Source of the DNA: a virus
Virus record (IMG/VR): IMGVR_UViG_3300028841_000403
Strand: one strand, 5' to 3'
DNA: 61,002 bases
Shown piece by piece: positions 25,585 through 33,241 of this stretch. Both the position numbers and the translations under genes were made by a program. The notes beneath the pieces are model-generated. The model did not search any database, was not told the origin of the DNA, and saw only the letters and a list, made by a program, of their open reading frames with translations. The first letter of the stretch is position 1, and every line of letters begins with the position of its first letter.

Positions 25585-26478
25585 TCAGGAGCCTTGGGCC
25601 AGGTAAAGCTCTGCCATTTGGCGTAAGGCTCCCGTCCGGGTGAGGTTCCCCGTCTTGTCCTGCTCCAGCGCGCGCTCGATGGCGCGGTTGAGGATCATGG
25701 CGGAGTGCGCGTCCACCGTCCGGGTGCCGAAGACGGAGGAGAGGGGGGCCTGCTTCTTCGTCCCCTTCCCGGCCTGCCCGTCCTGCTCGGCGTAGAGCTG
25801 CACCAGGTCGGGGAGGCTCGCGCCGAAGACATCCAGCATGATCCGTAGGGCCGTGGCGCTGTTCTTCACCTGGCCGGCCACGCCTGCCTCGCCCAGGGCG
25901 TCCATGAACTCGTCGTAGTCCTTGAACCGGGCGGCGAGCACCTCCCCCTTGGAGGCGGCCTCCACCTCGGCGAAGACGCGCTTGATGTCCTGGGCCTCGT
26001 CCGGCAGGAAGGCCAGGGTGATGTTCGTCCACTCCAGGGCGGCGGACGGCTTCCCCTCCGCGGTGATCTCCGCCAGCAGGCCCAGGGTCTTGTCGTCCAG
26101 GCCGCAGGCCTTCTTCAGGTCCAGGTCCGGGATGGATTCGTAGAGGTCCTTGAGGATGGCGAGGTCGTCCTCCCCCGCGATCGCGTTGTGGGAAAGCTGG
26201 ATGGCCACCTGCTCCCCGTGGGAGAGGGCGTCCCGCGTGACCACGAAGGTGGCGCCCGGCAGGCCGGCGGCCTTGCCCGCCTTGCAGCGGTGGTTCCCCG
26301 AGAGGACCTTCCACTTTCCCGTGGCGGGGTTCCACATGGCGAAGGGGCAGGAGCTGAGGCAGCCGTCCCGGCGGATGTTCTCCACCAGCTGCTGGAACTG
26401 CTCATGCCGCATGAAGCGGGCGTTGTGGTCCAGGAGCTCCAGCTCCTCCCAGGGCAGAAAGAGAGTCTCAACCTTCAT
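25585..26478 (-). CDS. ParB-like nuclease (ParB/Srx N-terminal domain) protein
   Basis: 297 aa. ...LELLDHNARFMRHEQFQQLVENIRRDG...WKVLSGNHRCKA... are ParBc-type motifs. Confidence 0.7.
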   Translation of the reverse strand: MKVETLFLPWEELELLDHNARFMRHEQFQQLVENIRRDGCLSSCPFAMWNPATGKWKVLSGNHRCKAGKAAGLPGATFVVTRDALSHGEQVAIQLSHNAIAGEDDLAILKDLYESIPDLDLKKACGLDDKTLGLLAEITAEGKPSAALEWTNITLAFLPDEAQDIKRVFAEVEAASKGEVLAARFKDYDEFMDALGEAGVAGQVKNSATALRIMLDVFGASLPDLVQLYAEQDGQAGKGTKKQAPLSSVFGTRTVDAHSAMILNRAIERALEQDKTGNLTRTGALRQMAELYLAQGS

Positions 26479-27832
26479 TCTTCAGCGCCTCCCAACGCTT
26501 CAGCACCTCGTCCAGGGAGGCCTCGCCGATGGGGCCCCCGTAGTTCAGGGCGAACTTGAAGCCCACGGCCTGGTCCTCCGGCGAGGCGTCCTTGCGCCCC
26601 AGGAGCCGGAAGACATTGCGGTACTTCATGGACTGGGGCCGCTGGCTGAACGCGGTCGTGACCATGGAGTGGATGCGGCGCTTCGTGACCCGCTCGATGA
26701 GCAGCCGTGCCTCCCGCGAGGTGGCCGCCATGACCACCAGCTTGGCGGCGCGGCGGTGGCCCGCCAGCACGCTGAAGTCCGACATGAGGTAGACCGAGGG
26801 GGGCTCGACCCCCGCCGGCGTGCCCTTCATGGAGGTGCTGATGGCGAAGACGCCCAGCAGCGCGCCGTTGAAGAGCACCGCGTAGGCCGCCGTCACGGAG
26901 CCGGGGCGGATCCGCTCGTTGAGATACATGGAGCGCAGGCCGTTGAACTCCCCGGCGGAGAGGGCCTGAATCGCAAGTCGCCCCCCCCCCTCATTTAGCT
27001 GCTCGGGCTTCACGCGGGGGATCCGCGGGGCGGTCACATTCTGGTGGGGGACCACCACCTGCTTGCGGTCCGTGCCGCCGGCGTAGATGTGGAAGTCGGC
27101 GCCGCGCGCCGTGTTCTGAACCCGGCCCCGGAGGCGGGCGGGGGCGTCCTCACCCGCCAGGGGCCCCTGGGTCACAACGGCCCAGGCTTGCCTGCCCTCC
27201 AGGTTGCGGAGGAGGGAGGCGAGGGAGGGAGCGTCCAGCGGCTCCGGGGAGGGGCGGCCGCGCCAGTCGAACAGGGCGTCCAGGTGCTTCCAGAAGGTGC
27301 CCCCCAGGTCCATGCCCTGGATCCATACGAAGCCGCCCTCCTGGTCCAGCATCCAGCGGGACTGGAAGACGAGCAGGTCTTCCGCGTGGAAGGCCTCGAG
27401 GCGGAGCGTCAGCTTGGCCAGCTTTTCCAGCACCTTCTCGTGGAGGGCCGGGAACTGGGTCTGGTAGGCGCCGGCGAGGCGCGCGTAGAAGCTGTTGCCG
27501 TCCCGCTTGCACCAGGCCTCTGCCATGTCCCCGAGGATCCGGATGGTGGCCACCAGGCCCTCCGGCGTCTCCATGTAGGGCTGGAGCCACGCCAGGCTGT
27601 CCTGGTGCTCGGCGCTGAGGCTGAGGTCCAGCCGCTCGCCGGCGAGGTAGGAACCCAGCGCAGCGCTCAGCAGGCTGGAGTCCTGCGCGAGGTGCGCCAT
27701 CGGCAGGTCCACCAGGGACCTCTGGAGCGCGAACTCCTGCGCGCATCCGTGGTAGAGACGCTTTGCGCCCCATCCCTGGATGATCGGCTTGAGCTGCGAG
27801 ATGACCTCGCGGGGGACGGTGGCGAGGAACAT
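26468..27832 (-). CDS. Large hypothetical protein (454 aa), first gene of a late operon. It contains an in-frame G10 tract.
   Basis: A continuous ORF that overlaps the ParB-like gene by 11 nt. No family was recognised with confidence. The G10 tract encodes ...NEGGGRLAIQ.... Confidence 0.6.
   Translation of the reverse strand: MFLATVPREVISQLKPIIQGWGAKRLYHGCAQEFALQRSLVDLPMAHLAQDSSLLSAALGSYLAGERLDLSLSAEHQDSLAWLQPYMETPEGLVATIRILGDMAEAWCKRDGNSFYARLAGAYQTQFPALHEKVLEKLAKLTLRLEAFHAEDLLVFQSRWMLDQEGGFVWIQGMDLGGTFWKHLDALFDWRGRPSPEPLDAPSLASLLRNLEGRQAWAVVTQGPLAGEDAPARLRGRVQNTARGADFHIYAGGTDRKQVVVPHQNVTAPRIPRVKPEQLNEGGGRLAIQALSAGEFNGLRSMYLNERIRPGSVTAAYAVLFNGALLGVFAISTSMKGTPAGVEPPSVYLMSDFSVLAGHRRAAKLVVMAATSREARLLIERVTKRRIHSMVTTAFSQRPQSMKYRNVFRLLGRKDASPEDQAVGFKFALNYGGPIGEASLDEVLKRWEALKNEG
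26981..26990 (-). repeat. Homopolymer tract: C10 on the plus strand, G10 in the coding strand
   Basis: The plus strand reads tcgcaagtcg cccccccccc tcattt. The tract lies inside the 454-aa ORF and is in frame as assembled. Confidence 0.95.
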
Positions 27833-27908
27833 GGCCGAGTGGAGCGGGCGGCAGGTTTCGAGTCTGCGTTTTCGCGCGGGGAGCGCGATGTCTTGCCCCT
27901 AGACGACG

Positions 27909-27957
27909 CCCGCCAGGGTGACCTCCAGCCATCAGCGTGCTGGAGGACCCTGGCGGG
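27909..27957 (-). other. Strong stem-loop in the leader of the 27832 operon
   Basis: cccgccagggt(ga)cctccagc - 9-nt loop - gctggagg accctggcggg. That gives 11+8 bp of pairing, directly adjacent to late motif copy 3. Confidence 0.7.
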
Positions 27958-27979
27958 TCTAAGAAAAGGGCTTTAGCGG
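27958..27979 (-). promoter_or_regulatory. Conserved late-operon motif, copy 3 (minus strand CCGCTAAAGCCCTTTTCTTAGA)
   Basis: The core 12-mer is at 27965..27976. The extended 19-mer tctaagaaaagggctttag is identical to copy 2. Confidence 0.6.
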
Positions 27980-28021
27980 CTCAGGTGCGAGCGTATGCTC
28001 GTCGCGCGCGATGGGCTCAGC

Positions 28022-28507
28022 CTAGCACTCGAAGAGCGAGGGCTGGTCCCCCTCGCGCCGCGGCTTGGCCTTGGCGGAGGGCTTCGGCGCCGGCTCGATG
28101 CGGCCCTTGGTGACATGGGCGGGCGTCAGCTCCTCGATGAGCTCGCCGGTCTTCTCCAGCCACCAGTCCGCGAAGAGCCGCCGGTGGCAGAACTCGCCAG
28201 GCTTGGGCGCCAGCACATTCTCCCAGCAGAGGAGGGCCACCTTGCCGGTGGGCGCCGCCTTGACCACCCGCGCCAGCTCGCGCTGGATCCGATCCACCCC
28301 CGCGCTCTCCAGCTTGGCCAGGTAGAGCGGCTTGTAGAGGTGGAGCGGGCTGTGCATCCACTTCCGCTCCGGCATTAGCTCAGGGATGGAGCCAATGGGA
28401 ATAAACGGAAGACTGAATCGAGGCGTTCCGAGCGAAATGCTGACCGCTCCGGCCTCAGATCCCAGGATTAGGTTTCCGGCGTTCCACCTGCTCGTGAATA
28501 TCTGCAT
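28022..28507 (-). CDS. DUF488-like protein
   Basis: 161 aa. ...KVALLCWENVLAPKPGEFCHRRLFADWWLEKTG... matches the llC.E.....CHR pattern of DUF488. The 5' third and the upstream gap have conspicuously lower GC. Confidence 0.6.
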   Translation of the reverse strand: MQIFTSRWNAGNLILGSEAGAVSISLGTPRFSLPFIPIGSIPELMPERKWMHSPLHLYKPLYLAKLESAGVDRIQRELARVVKAAPTGKVALLCWENVLAPKPGEFCHRRLFADWWLEKTGELIEELTPAHVTKGRIEPAPKPSAKAKPRREGDQPSLFEC

Positions 28508-28583
28508 TTAAACTTTCTCCCACTATCTATTATGGGAGTTTTCGACTCTTGCGCCAGTATCCACGCGCCTTTTATCGAATTTC

Positions 28584-28994
28584 TTATCCGTTCTTTTTGC
28601 GCTCGCGCATCTCTTCGACCAGCTCGCCCACGCGGCCCACGAGGTTGCGGATGTCGCCCGTCAGCACGCGCACATCGCCCTCCAGGCGCAGGTGGCTGTC
28701 CTCGTTCCGGTCCATCCGCTTGGTGAGGTCCCTGAACTCGCGTTCCTGGCGCCCCTTGATCTCCTTGACCTCTTCCTCGTGCTTCGCGTCCATGGCCTTC
28801 AGCTCCTCTGCGTGAGCTTCCTTGGCGTCCGCCATGTCCTTCTTCACCTGGGCGAGCTGCTGGAGCTTCGCGCCCACATACATGCCGATGGTGACGAGGG
28901 AGCCCGAGAGGCTGAAGACGGCCACCAGGAGGGGGACCAGGCTGAGCTGGATGGATCCCGAGGCGGCCTGCTGGGTGGCTTCCTGAATCGTCAC
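28584..28994 (-). CDS. Membrane-anchored coiled-coil protein, last gene of the lysis cluster
   Basis: 136 aa from the GTG at 28994 (GTGA overlap with the o-spanin stop). It has a TM segment IQLSLVPLLVAVFSLSGSLVTIGMYV followed by a charged helix. Confidence 0.5.
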   Translation of the reverse strand: MTIQEATQQAASGSIQLSLVPLLVAVFSLSGSLVTIGMYVGAKLQQLAQVKKDMADAKEAHAEELKAMDAKHEEEVKEIKGRQEREFRDLTKRMDRNEDSHLRLEGDVRVLTGDIRNLVGRVGELVEEMRERKKNG

Positions 28995-29323
28995 TTCTTC
29001 TCCGAGGGGGCGGGGGTCGTCTTGGCGGGCGCGGGCGCGGCCGGGCGGTAGGCGTCCAGCAGGGTCTCCGCCTCGTCCACGCGGCCCAGGAGGTAGAGGA
29101 TCGTCGCCTTGATGGCGCGGGCCTGCTGGTCCGAGGAGGCGCCGGCGGGCAGGTCCTCCACGGGGAGGTGGAGGGGCTGGCGCGGGGGAGGCGGCGGGCA
29201 GGGCACCGCCACGGGCACCTCCACGCGCTGGATCACCACGCGGGGCTTGCTGCAGCCGACCGCGCAGCCGGAGAAGAGCGTGGTGAGGGCGAGGCCCACC
29301 ACCTGAAAGGTCCCGGTCTTCAT
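28991..29323 (-). CDS. o-spanin-like outer-membrane lipoprotein
   Basis: 110 aa. The signal peptide carries the lipobox LFSGC. The mature part is Pro-rich. It lies directly 3' of the i-spanin-like gene. Confidence 0.7.
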   Translation of the reverse strand: MKTGTFQVVGLALTTLFSGCAVGCSKPRVVIQRVEVPVAVPCPPPPPRQPLHLPVEDLPAGASSDQQARAIKATILYLLGRVDEAETLLDAYRPAAPAPAKTTPAPSEKK

Positions 29324-29733
29324 CGGGCATCCCCCTGGGCCCGGCTGTCCGCCGCGGCCTTCTTCGCCTCGTCCACCAGCCAGCCGAGGGCCTGGTCTCC
29401 CTGGCTCGGGGCCGGGGCCTGGAGCGCGGAGGACACCTGGGCCTGGGTCCGCTGCTCGATGGCGGCCGCCCTGCCCTTGCCGGTGTCCACCGCCTGGGCC
29501 TGGGCTTCGCCCTTGGCTTTCAGGGCCTCCACGGCGCGGTTCTGCTCCTGGAGGGCGGCCGTCGCCTGGGTTAGCTGGGCCTGGACGCCGGCGACGGCGG
29601 CGCGCGCCTCATTGCGCTCTGCCTTGAGGCCGCGGGCCCACAGGAAGAGCCCGCCGCTCAACAGCAGCAGGGCCACGATGATCCAGAGCGCCGCCTGGGC
29701 GAGCCAGGCCTTGATGGTGAGGAGGATGCCCAT
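29320..29733 (-). CDS. i-spanin-like protein (N-terminal TM plus coiled coil)
   Basis: 137 aa. The TM segment is AALWIIVALLLLSGGLFLWA, followed by a long Ala/Gln-rich helix. Confidence 0.7.
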   Translation of the reverse strand: MGILLTIKAWLAQAALWIIVALLLLSGGLFLWARGLKAERNEARAAVAGVQAQLTQATAALQEQNRAVEALKAKGEAQAQAVDTGKGRAAAIEQRTQAQVSSALQAPAPSQGDQALGWLVDEAKKAAADSRAQGDAR

Positions 29734-29740
29734 GGGAACC

Positions 29741-29929
29741 TCAGTCCAGGCAGGCGCGGACGCAGCAGTCCTTGGCCTCGAGCAGCTTCCGGAGGCCCGC
29801 CGACTTCTCGGGGCCGTCCGGGAGCCGCTGGTCCAGGTCCTCTGCCAGCGCTTGGAAGGGGGCGCTCACGGCCGCCAGCTTGGGGGGCAGGTGCTCGCTC
29901 TTGAAGAAGCGGAGAATCGGGGCCGCCAT
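29741..29929 (-). CDS. Small hypothetical protein in the lysis cluster
   Basis: 62 aa, between the endolysin and the i-spanin. Confidence 0.4.
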   Translation of the reverse strand: MAAPILRFFKSEHLPPKLAAVSAPFQALAEDLDQRLPDGPEKSAGLRKLLEAKDCCVRACLD

Positions 29930-29932
29930 GGG

Positions 29933-30520
29933 CTACTCCTGAATGGGCATGCCCTCGCGCTGGCGGATCGCCGCGCGGAAGGCACGGTTGCGGGTGATGT
30001 AGCCGCGCGTCTGCGCCGCGTTCTGCGGGCCGGTCACGCGGTCGAGGACTTTCAGCCAGGCGCTCCCGCTCGGATCGTCTATCCCGAGGGTCGCCGCGAG
30101 GCGCTGCGCCTTGCGGATGGAACCGAGGCCCGCGTTATAGGACCCCAGGGCTGGGTCCAGCGATCCGCCGCAGCGGGCCTCCAGCCAGAGCATGTAAGCG
30201 TGCTGGCCGTGGATTGCGGCGGATGGGTCTTCAGGGGAGGCGCCGCGCGCCACCCACCCCTGATCCTGGGCCCAGGCCCAGGTGGTCGGCATGAACTGCG
30301 TGAGGCCCACCGCGCCGACCGCGCTCCGGGCCTGGGGGTTGAAGTTGCTCTCCGCCCAAGCCTGGGCCGCGCGGTCAACCCAGCGCGGCCCGGCAACAGA
30401 ACGGAAGGTCACTTCATAAGGCACCCCCTGGGAAATCCGGGACGGCGCCGGCGTGGCCGCGAAGGCGCAGGCCAGGATGGCAAGGCCCAGCGCGACCAGC
30501 GCCCAGCGCCGCGCGGACAT
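29933..30520 (-). CDS. Endolysin, lytic transglycosylase (SLT domain), with an N-terminal signal/SAR-like segment
   Basis: 195 aa. ...AWAESNFNPQARSAVGAVGLTQFMPTTWAW... is the SLT catalytic-Glu motif. The hydrophobic N-terminus is WALVALGLAILACAFA. Confidence 0.85.
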   Translation of the reverse strand: MSARRWALVALGLAILACAFAATPAPSRISQGVPYEVTFRSVAGPRWVDRAAQAWAESNFNPQARSAVGAVGLTQFMPTTWAWAQDQGWVARGASPEDPSAAIHGQHAYMLWLEARCGGSLDPALGSYNAGLGSIRKAQRLAATLGIDDPSGSAWLKVLDRVTGPQNAAQTRGYITRNRAFRAAIRQREGMPIQE

Positions 30521-30994
30521 CTACCGGCCGCCGAGACAGGCGGCCGCGAGCAGGCCGAAGACGATGAGCAGGGCCGAGAAGATGACCGCGGCGTTGATCA
30601 CCTTCGCGCTCTCCGTCGCCTCCGTGTCCTTGAGGTCCCAGTGCAGCAGGCGCATGCCCAGGCGCGTGTGGTCCAGGGCGTGGAAGGCCACCAAGGCGCA
30701 GACGATGGCCGCGCCACCGAGGTGCGGCGCCAGCTTCACGCGGAAGAGGATGGCCTTCGCCTGGACCACCTGCTCCCACTTGGAGTCGTCGGCGCCGACG
30801 AGCTGCGCGCCCCACCACACCAGGTCGAAGAGCAGCCAGAGCACGGCGATGACGCCGACGATGGCCAGCGCCTTCACGATCTTGTGGCGCGTGGCGTCGT
30901 CCAGCTTCCAGGCCGGCCGGAAGAACTCCCACCAGCGCTTCGGCGCCTCGATGGGGGTCTGAAGGTTGATCGGGGGGGCGGGCTGCTCTGCCAT
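30521..30994 (-). CDS. Holin-like membrane protein
   Basis: 157 aa from the ATG at 30994 (AAGGAGG SD). It has about three TM segments and lies immediately 5' of the endolysin. Confidence 0.6.
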   Translation of the reverse strand: MAEQPAPPINLQTPIEAPKRWWEFFRPAWKLDDATRHKIVKALAIVGVIAVLWLLFDLVWWGAQLVGADDSKWEQVVQAKAILFRVKLAPHLGGAAIVCALVAFHALDHTRLGMRLLHWDLKDTEATESAKVINAAVIFSALLIVFGLLAAACLGGR

Positions 30995-31026
30995 CGGGGC
31001 CTCCTTGAGCGGCTGGAGGTGCCCCC

Positions 31027-31212
31027 TCAAAGAGCCAGGGCCGGGCGCGCCCCCTGGCGAGGTGCCAGGTTGAGGAGGCGGCAGCCCAGCGGGCTCTCCA
31101 GAGGGCGCACCAGGATGAACGCGAGCGTGAGCGGCCAGCGGAGGACGCGACGGCGGCGACGGAGTGGCACCTCCGAAGCGTCCCCCTTCCAGTCGATTTC
31201 CGCGCGGTTCAT
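31027..31212 (-). CDS. Small basic/hydrophobic ORF (61 aa) heading the lysis operon
   Basis: MNRAEIDWKGDASEVPLRRRRRVLRWPLTLAFILVRPLES.... The ATG is about 35 nt 3' of late motif copy 4. Coding status is uncertain. Confidence 0.35.
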   Translation of the reverse strand: MNRAEIDWKGDASEVPLRRRRRVLRWPLTLAFILVRPLESPLGCRLLNLAPRQGARPALAL

Positions 31213-31244
31213 GACTTCAAGCAGGACAGGGGCGGAGCCGAGCC

Positions 31245-31263
31245 CTAAGCAAAGGGCTTTAGG
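31245..31263 (-). promoter_or_regulatory. Conserved late-operon motif, copy 4 (minus strand CCTAAAGCCCTTTGCTTAG)
   Basis: The core 12-mer is at 31251..31262 and overlaps the stop codon of the Mor-like gene. Its flank ggagccgagc is shared with copy 1. Confidence 0.6.
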
Positions 31264-31843
31264 CGCGCTTCTGGCCCTTCCGCTCCTCCCGCATCCGCCT
31301 CGTCTCCTCGTTGCGGATGGCGTAGAGCCGCTGGGGGGACAGGCCGGTCTCGCGGGCCAGGTCCACCACATTATCGCGGGTGAGCGTCAGCGCGATGCGG
31401 CGATTCCGCAGCGGATCCTGCTTGGGGAAGTAGAGGCTCTGGCCCACGCGCTCGACCTTCTCGCCATCCACCCGCAGCCCGTAGCTCTTCCAGATCGCGT
31501 CCACGAGGGCGTCGGCGGCCGCCTGAGCGTCCGGAACCTGGAAGGCCTCCAGGCAGGTCCTGGCCCAGGTGCCGAGCTCCTCGAGGAATCGGCCCTTCAT
31601 CTTGTGGCCGTAGCCCGGCACATAGGCCGGGATCCCGCCCCAGTTCTTGTGGACCACCTCCGCCAGCTGGAGCGCGGCGCGGTCCGCCGCCTCCTGCGCC
31701 ATGCGCCCCTGCTCGTGGAAGAACTCCCGCATCTGCTCCATGAAGTCCAGCAGCAGGTCGGAGAGGACCTTCGCTTCGGGCGAGGGCGCCTCGAAGGGCT
31801 TGAGGTCGAAGAGCGTGATGACCTTCGTGGACTTGCCTCCCAT
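31259..31843 (-). CDS. mor: Mor/C-family late transcription activator-like protein
   Basis: 194 aa from the ATG at 31843. The C-terminus ...RNRRIALTLTRDNVVDLARETGLSPQRLYAIRNEE... is the Mor-type HTH pattern. Confidence 0.7.
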   Translation of the reverse strand: MGGKSTKVITLFDLKPFEAPSPEAKVLSDLLLDFMEQMREFFHEQGRMAQEAADRAALQLAEVVHKNWGGIPAYVPGYGHKMKGRFLEELGTWARTCLEAFQVPDAQAAADALVDAIWKSYGLRVDGEKVERVGQSLYFPKQDPLRNRRIALTLTRDNVVDLARETGLSPQRLYAIRNEETRRMREERKGQKRA

Positions 31844-31995
31844 GTCGGCTCCGTCCTGGCTGCCAGACCGGGGCCCAGGGGCGCCCGCGCGCGATCCGCC
31901 CGTCCGGCCTGGTGACGGCAGGCTCGATGGGCAGAGCGCCAGCGGACCCGCGGGAGCGGGAGCGGCGGGTTGGGGGGGATGGATGGCGAGGGGGC

Positions 31996-32562
31996 TCATG
32001 CCGCCTGCCCTTCCCGGTGAAGGCGCATCACATGGCGCCGGTTGGCCTCGATGCGCTCCGCGCCGATGACCTCGATGGCGTCCTGGATGGACCACACGGC
32101 GCCCACGATGGCGCCGCGGTTGTGGAGGCGCAGCATGGTGTCCCGCTGCTCCGGCTTCAGGCGGCCGGGCTCGCGGACCTGCTTGCCCTCGATGTCGTAG
32201 TGGCCAGGGGCCTTCACCTCCAGCAGGATGGACTGCCCCGTGGGGGCCAGCGTCATCTGGAGGTCGGGGAGGCCCTGCTCTGCTGAGCCCGGCAGGCGCG
32301 CCAGCACCTTGCCGATGGCCACGGCACGCGCCTTCGCGTCTCGGATGAAGGGCTGGAGGAGCTGGTTCAGAACGCTCTTCAGCGCCCGCCGAATGTGCTT
32401 CCCGCCGGCGTCAATCACCCGGACATCGAAGCCCTCGCGCAGCAGGTGGTCCACGATCTGGCGCTGCACGGCCTCTTCGGAAGGGCCCGCCAGCAGGTAG
32501 GAGCGCTCGTAGCGCTTGGCGTCCCAGCGATGAAGGAAGGGGTAGGACGGTGCCTCCTGCAT
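31996..32562 (-). CDS. VRR-NUC domain nuclease (PD-(D/E)xK)
   Basis: 188 aa from the ATG at 32562. ...GLPDLQMTLAPTGQSILLEVKAPG...LKPEQRDTMLRLHNRGA... is the VRR-NUC pattern. Confidence 0.7.
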   Translation of the reverse strand: MQEAPSYPFLHRWDAKRYERSYLLAGPSEEAVQRQIVDHLLREGFDVRVIDAGGKHIRRALKSVLNQLLQPFIRDAKARAVAIGKVLARLPGSAEQGLPDLQMTLAPTGQSILLEVKAPGHYDIEGKQVREPGRLKPEQRDTMLRLHNRGAIVGAVWSIQDAIEVIGAERIEANRRHVMRLHREGQAA

Positions 32563-32566
32563 GGAC

Positions 32567-32788
32567 CTACCCCTTCCCCGGCCCGGCCGCATGCTGCCGT
32601 GCCGATAGCTGCGAGGCCCGCTTCGCCGAATCGCTCAGCTCGCGGGCCTCTCGCCGAAATTCCAAGGCGCTCCGGTCCTTCGCCGGCAGGGCCTCCATCT
32701 GGTCCAGGGTCGCCTCCAGGCCCTTCCGGTGCCTGCGAAGGTTGTTCAGGACCTGCTCCGCTTGGACGGGGGCGGATGGTGACGGCAT
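32567..32788 (-). CDS. Small hypothetical protein, first gene after the operator pair
   Basis: 73 aa from the ATG at 32788, with a GAGGAGGAGG SD. Confidence 0.45.
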   Translation of the reverse strand: MPSPSAPVQAEQVLNNLRRHRKGLEATLDQMEALPAKDRSALEFRREARELSDSAKRASQLSARQHAAGPGKG

Positions 32789-32825
32789 CGGGCCTCCTCC
32801 TCGCTCCCGATCTTCACCCCCTCGA

Positions 32826-32873
32826 CTTGCGCCACGCAAGCATTTTTAGAAAGTCCTTTGCGTAGCGCATTTC
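32826..32873. promoter_or_regulatory. Operator pair: TTGCG-N3-CGCAA palindromes flanking an AT-rich core
   Basis: cTTGCGccaCGCAAg at 32826..32840 and tTTGCGtagCGCATttc at 32857..32873. The second matches 49004..49020 at 15 of 17 positions. Confidence 0.6.
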
Positions 32874-33241
32874 TACTCCAGCGCCAGCGGGGCCCCCTTG
32901 GCGGCCTCCCGGCGGGCCCGGACCTCCTCCTCGAAGAGCTTGGCCGCCAGCCTGGCGCAGGGCTCCGCCCATTCCCGCTCCAGGGATTGCCTGGGGTGCT
33001 CGAGGATCTTGGCAGCGGCCGCGGCCCAGTCCTGGAGCACCTTCGGCCAGGCGGGGCCGGTGCGGCCCTTGGCGGAGTCCGGCGGCGCGCCCTGCAGGTG
33101 GCAGACCTGGAGCCAGAGGATGGCCAGGGCCCGCGTCAGCGGCCCATCGCCGGGCGTCTGCCGCCGCTTGGCGAAGGCCCTGAGCTCGGCTCCCAGGGCC
33201 TCTCGTTCCTCCTTCGTGAGGGGCTTGAGCGGGACCTTCAC
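32873..33241 (-). CDS. Hypothetical protein
   Basis: 122 aa; a coupled ORF. Confidence 0.45.
   Translation of the reverse strand: MKVPLKPLTKEEREALGAELRAFAKRRQTPGDGPLTRALAILWLQVCHLQGAPPDSAKGRTGPAWPKVLQDWAAAAAKILEHPRQSLEREWAEPCARLAAKLFEEEVRARREAAKGAPLALE

Noticed and set aside
26981-26990. Statistical significance of two 10-nt C runs on their own.
   Set aside because: With roughly one third C and one third G, a random 61-kb sequence is expected to contain on the order of one C10 and one G10 run. The tracts are interesting only because one coincides with a conserved-gene frame break and both lie in DNA-modification-type genes.
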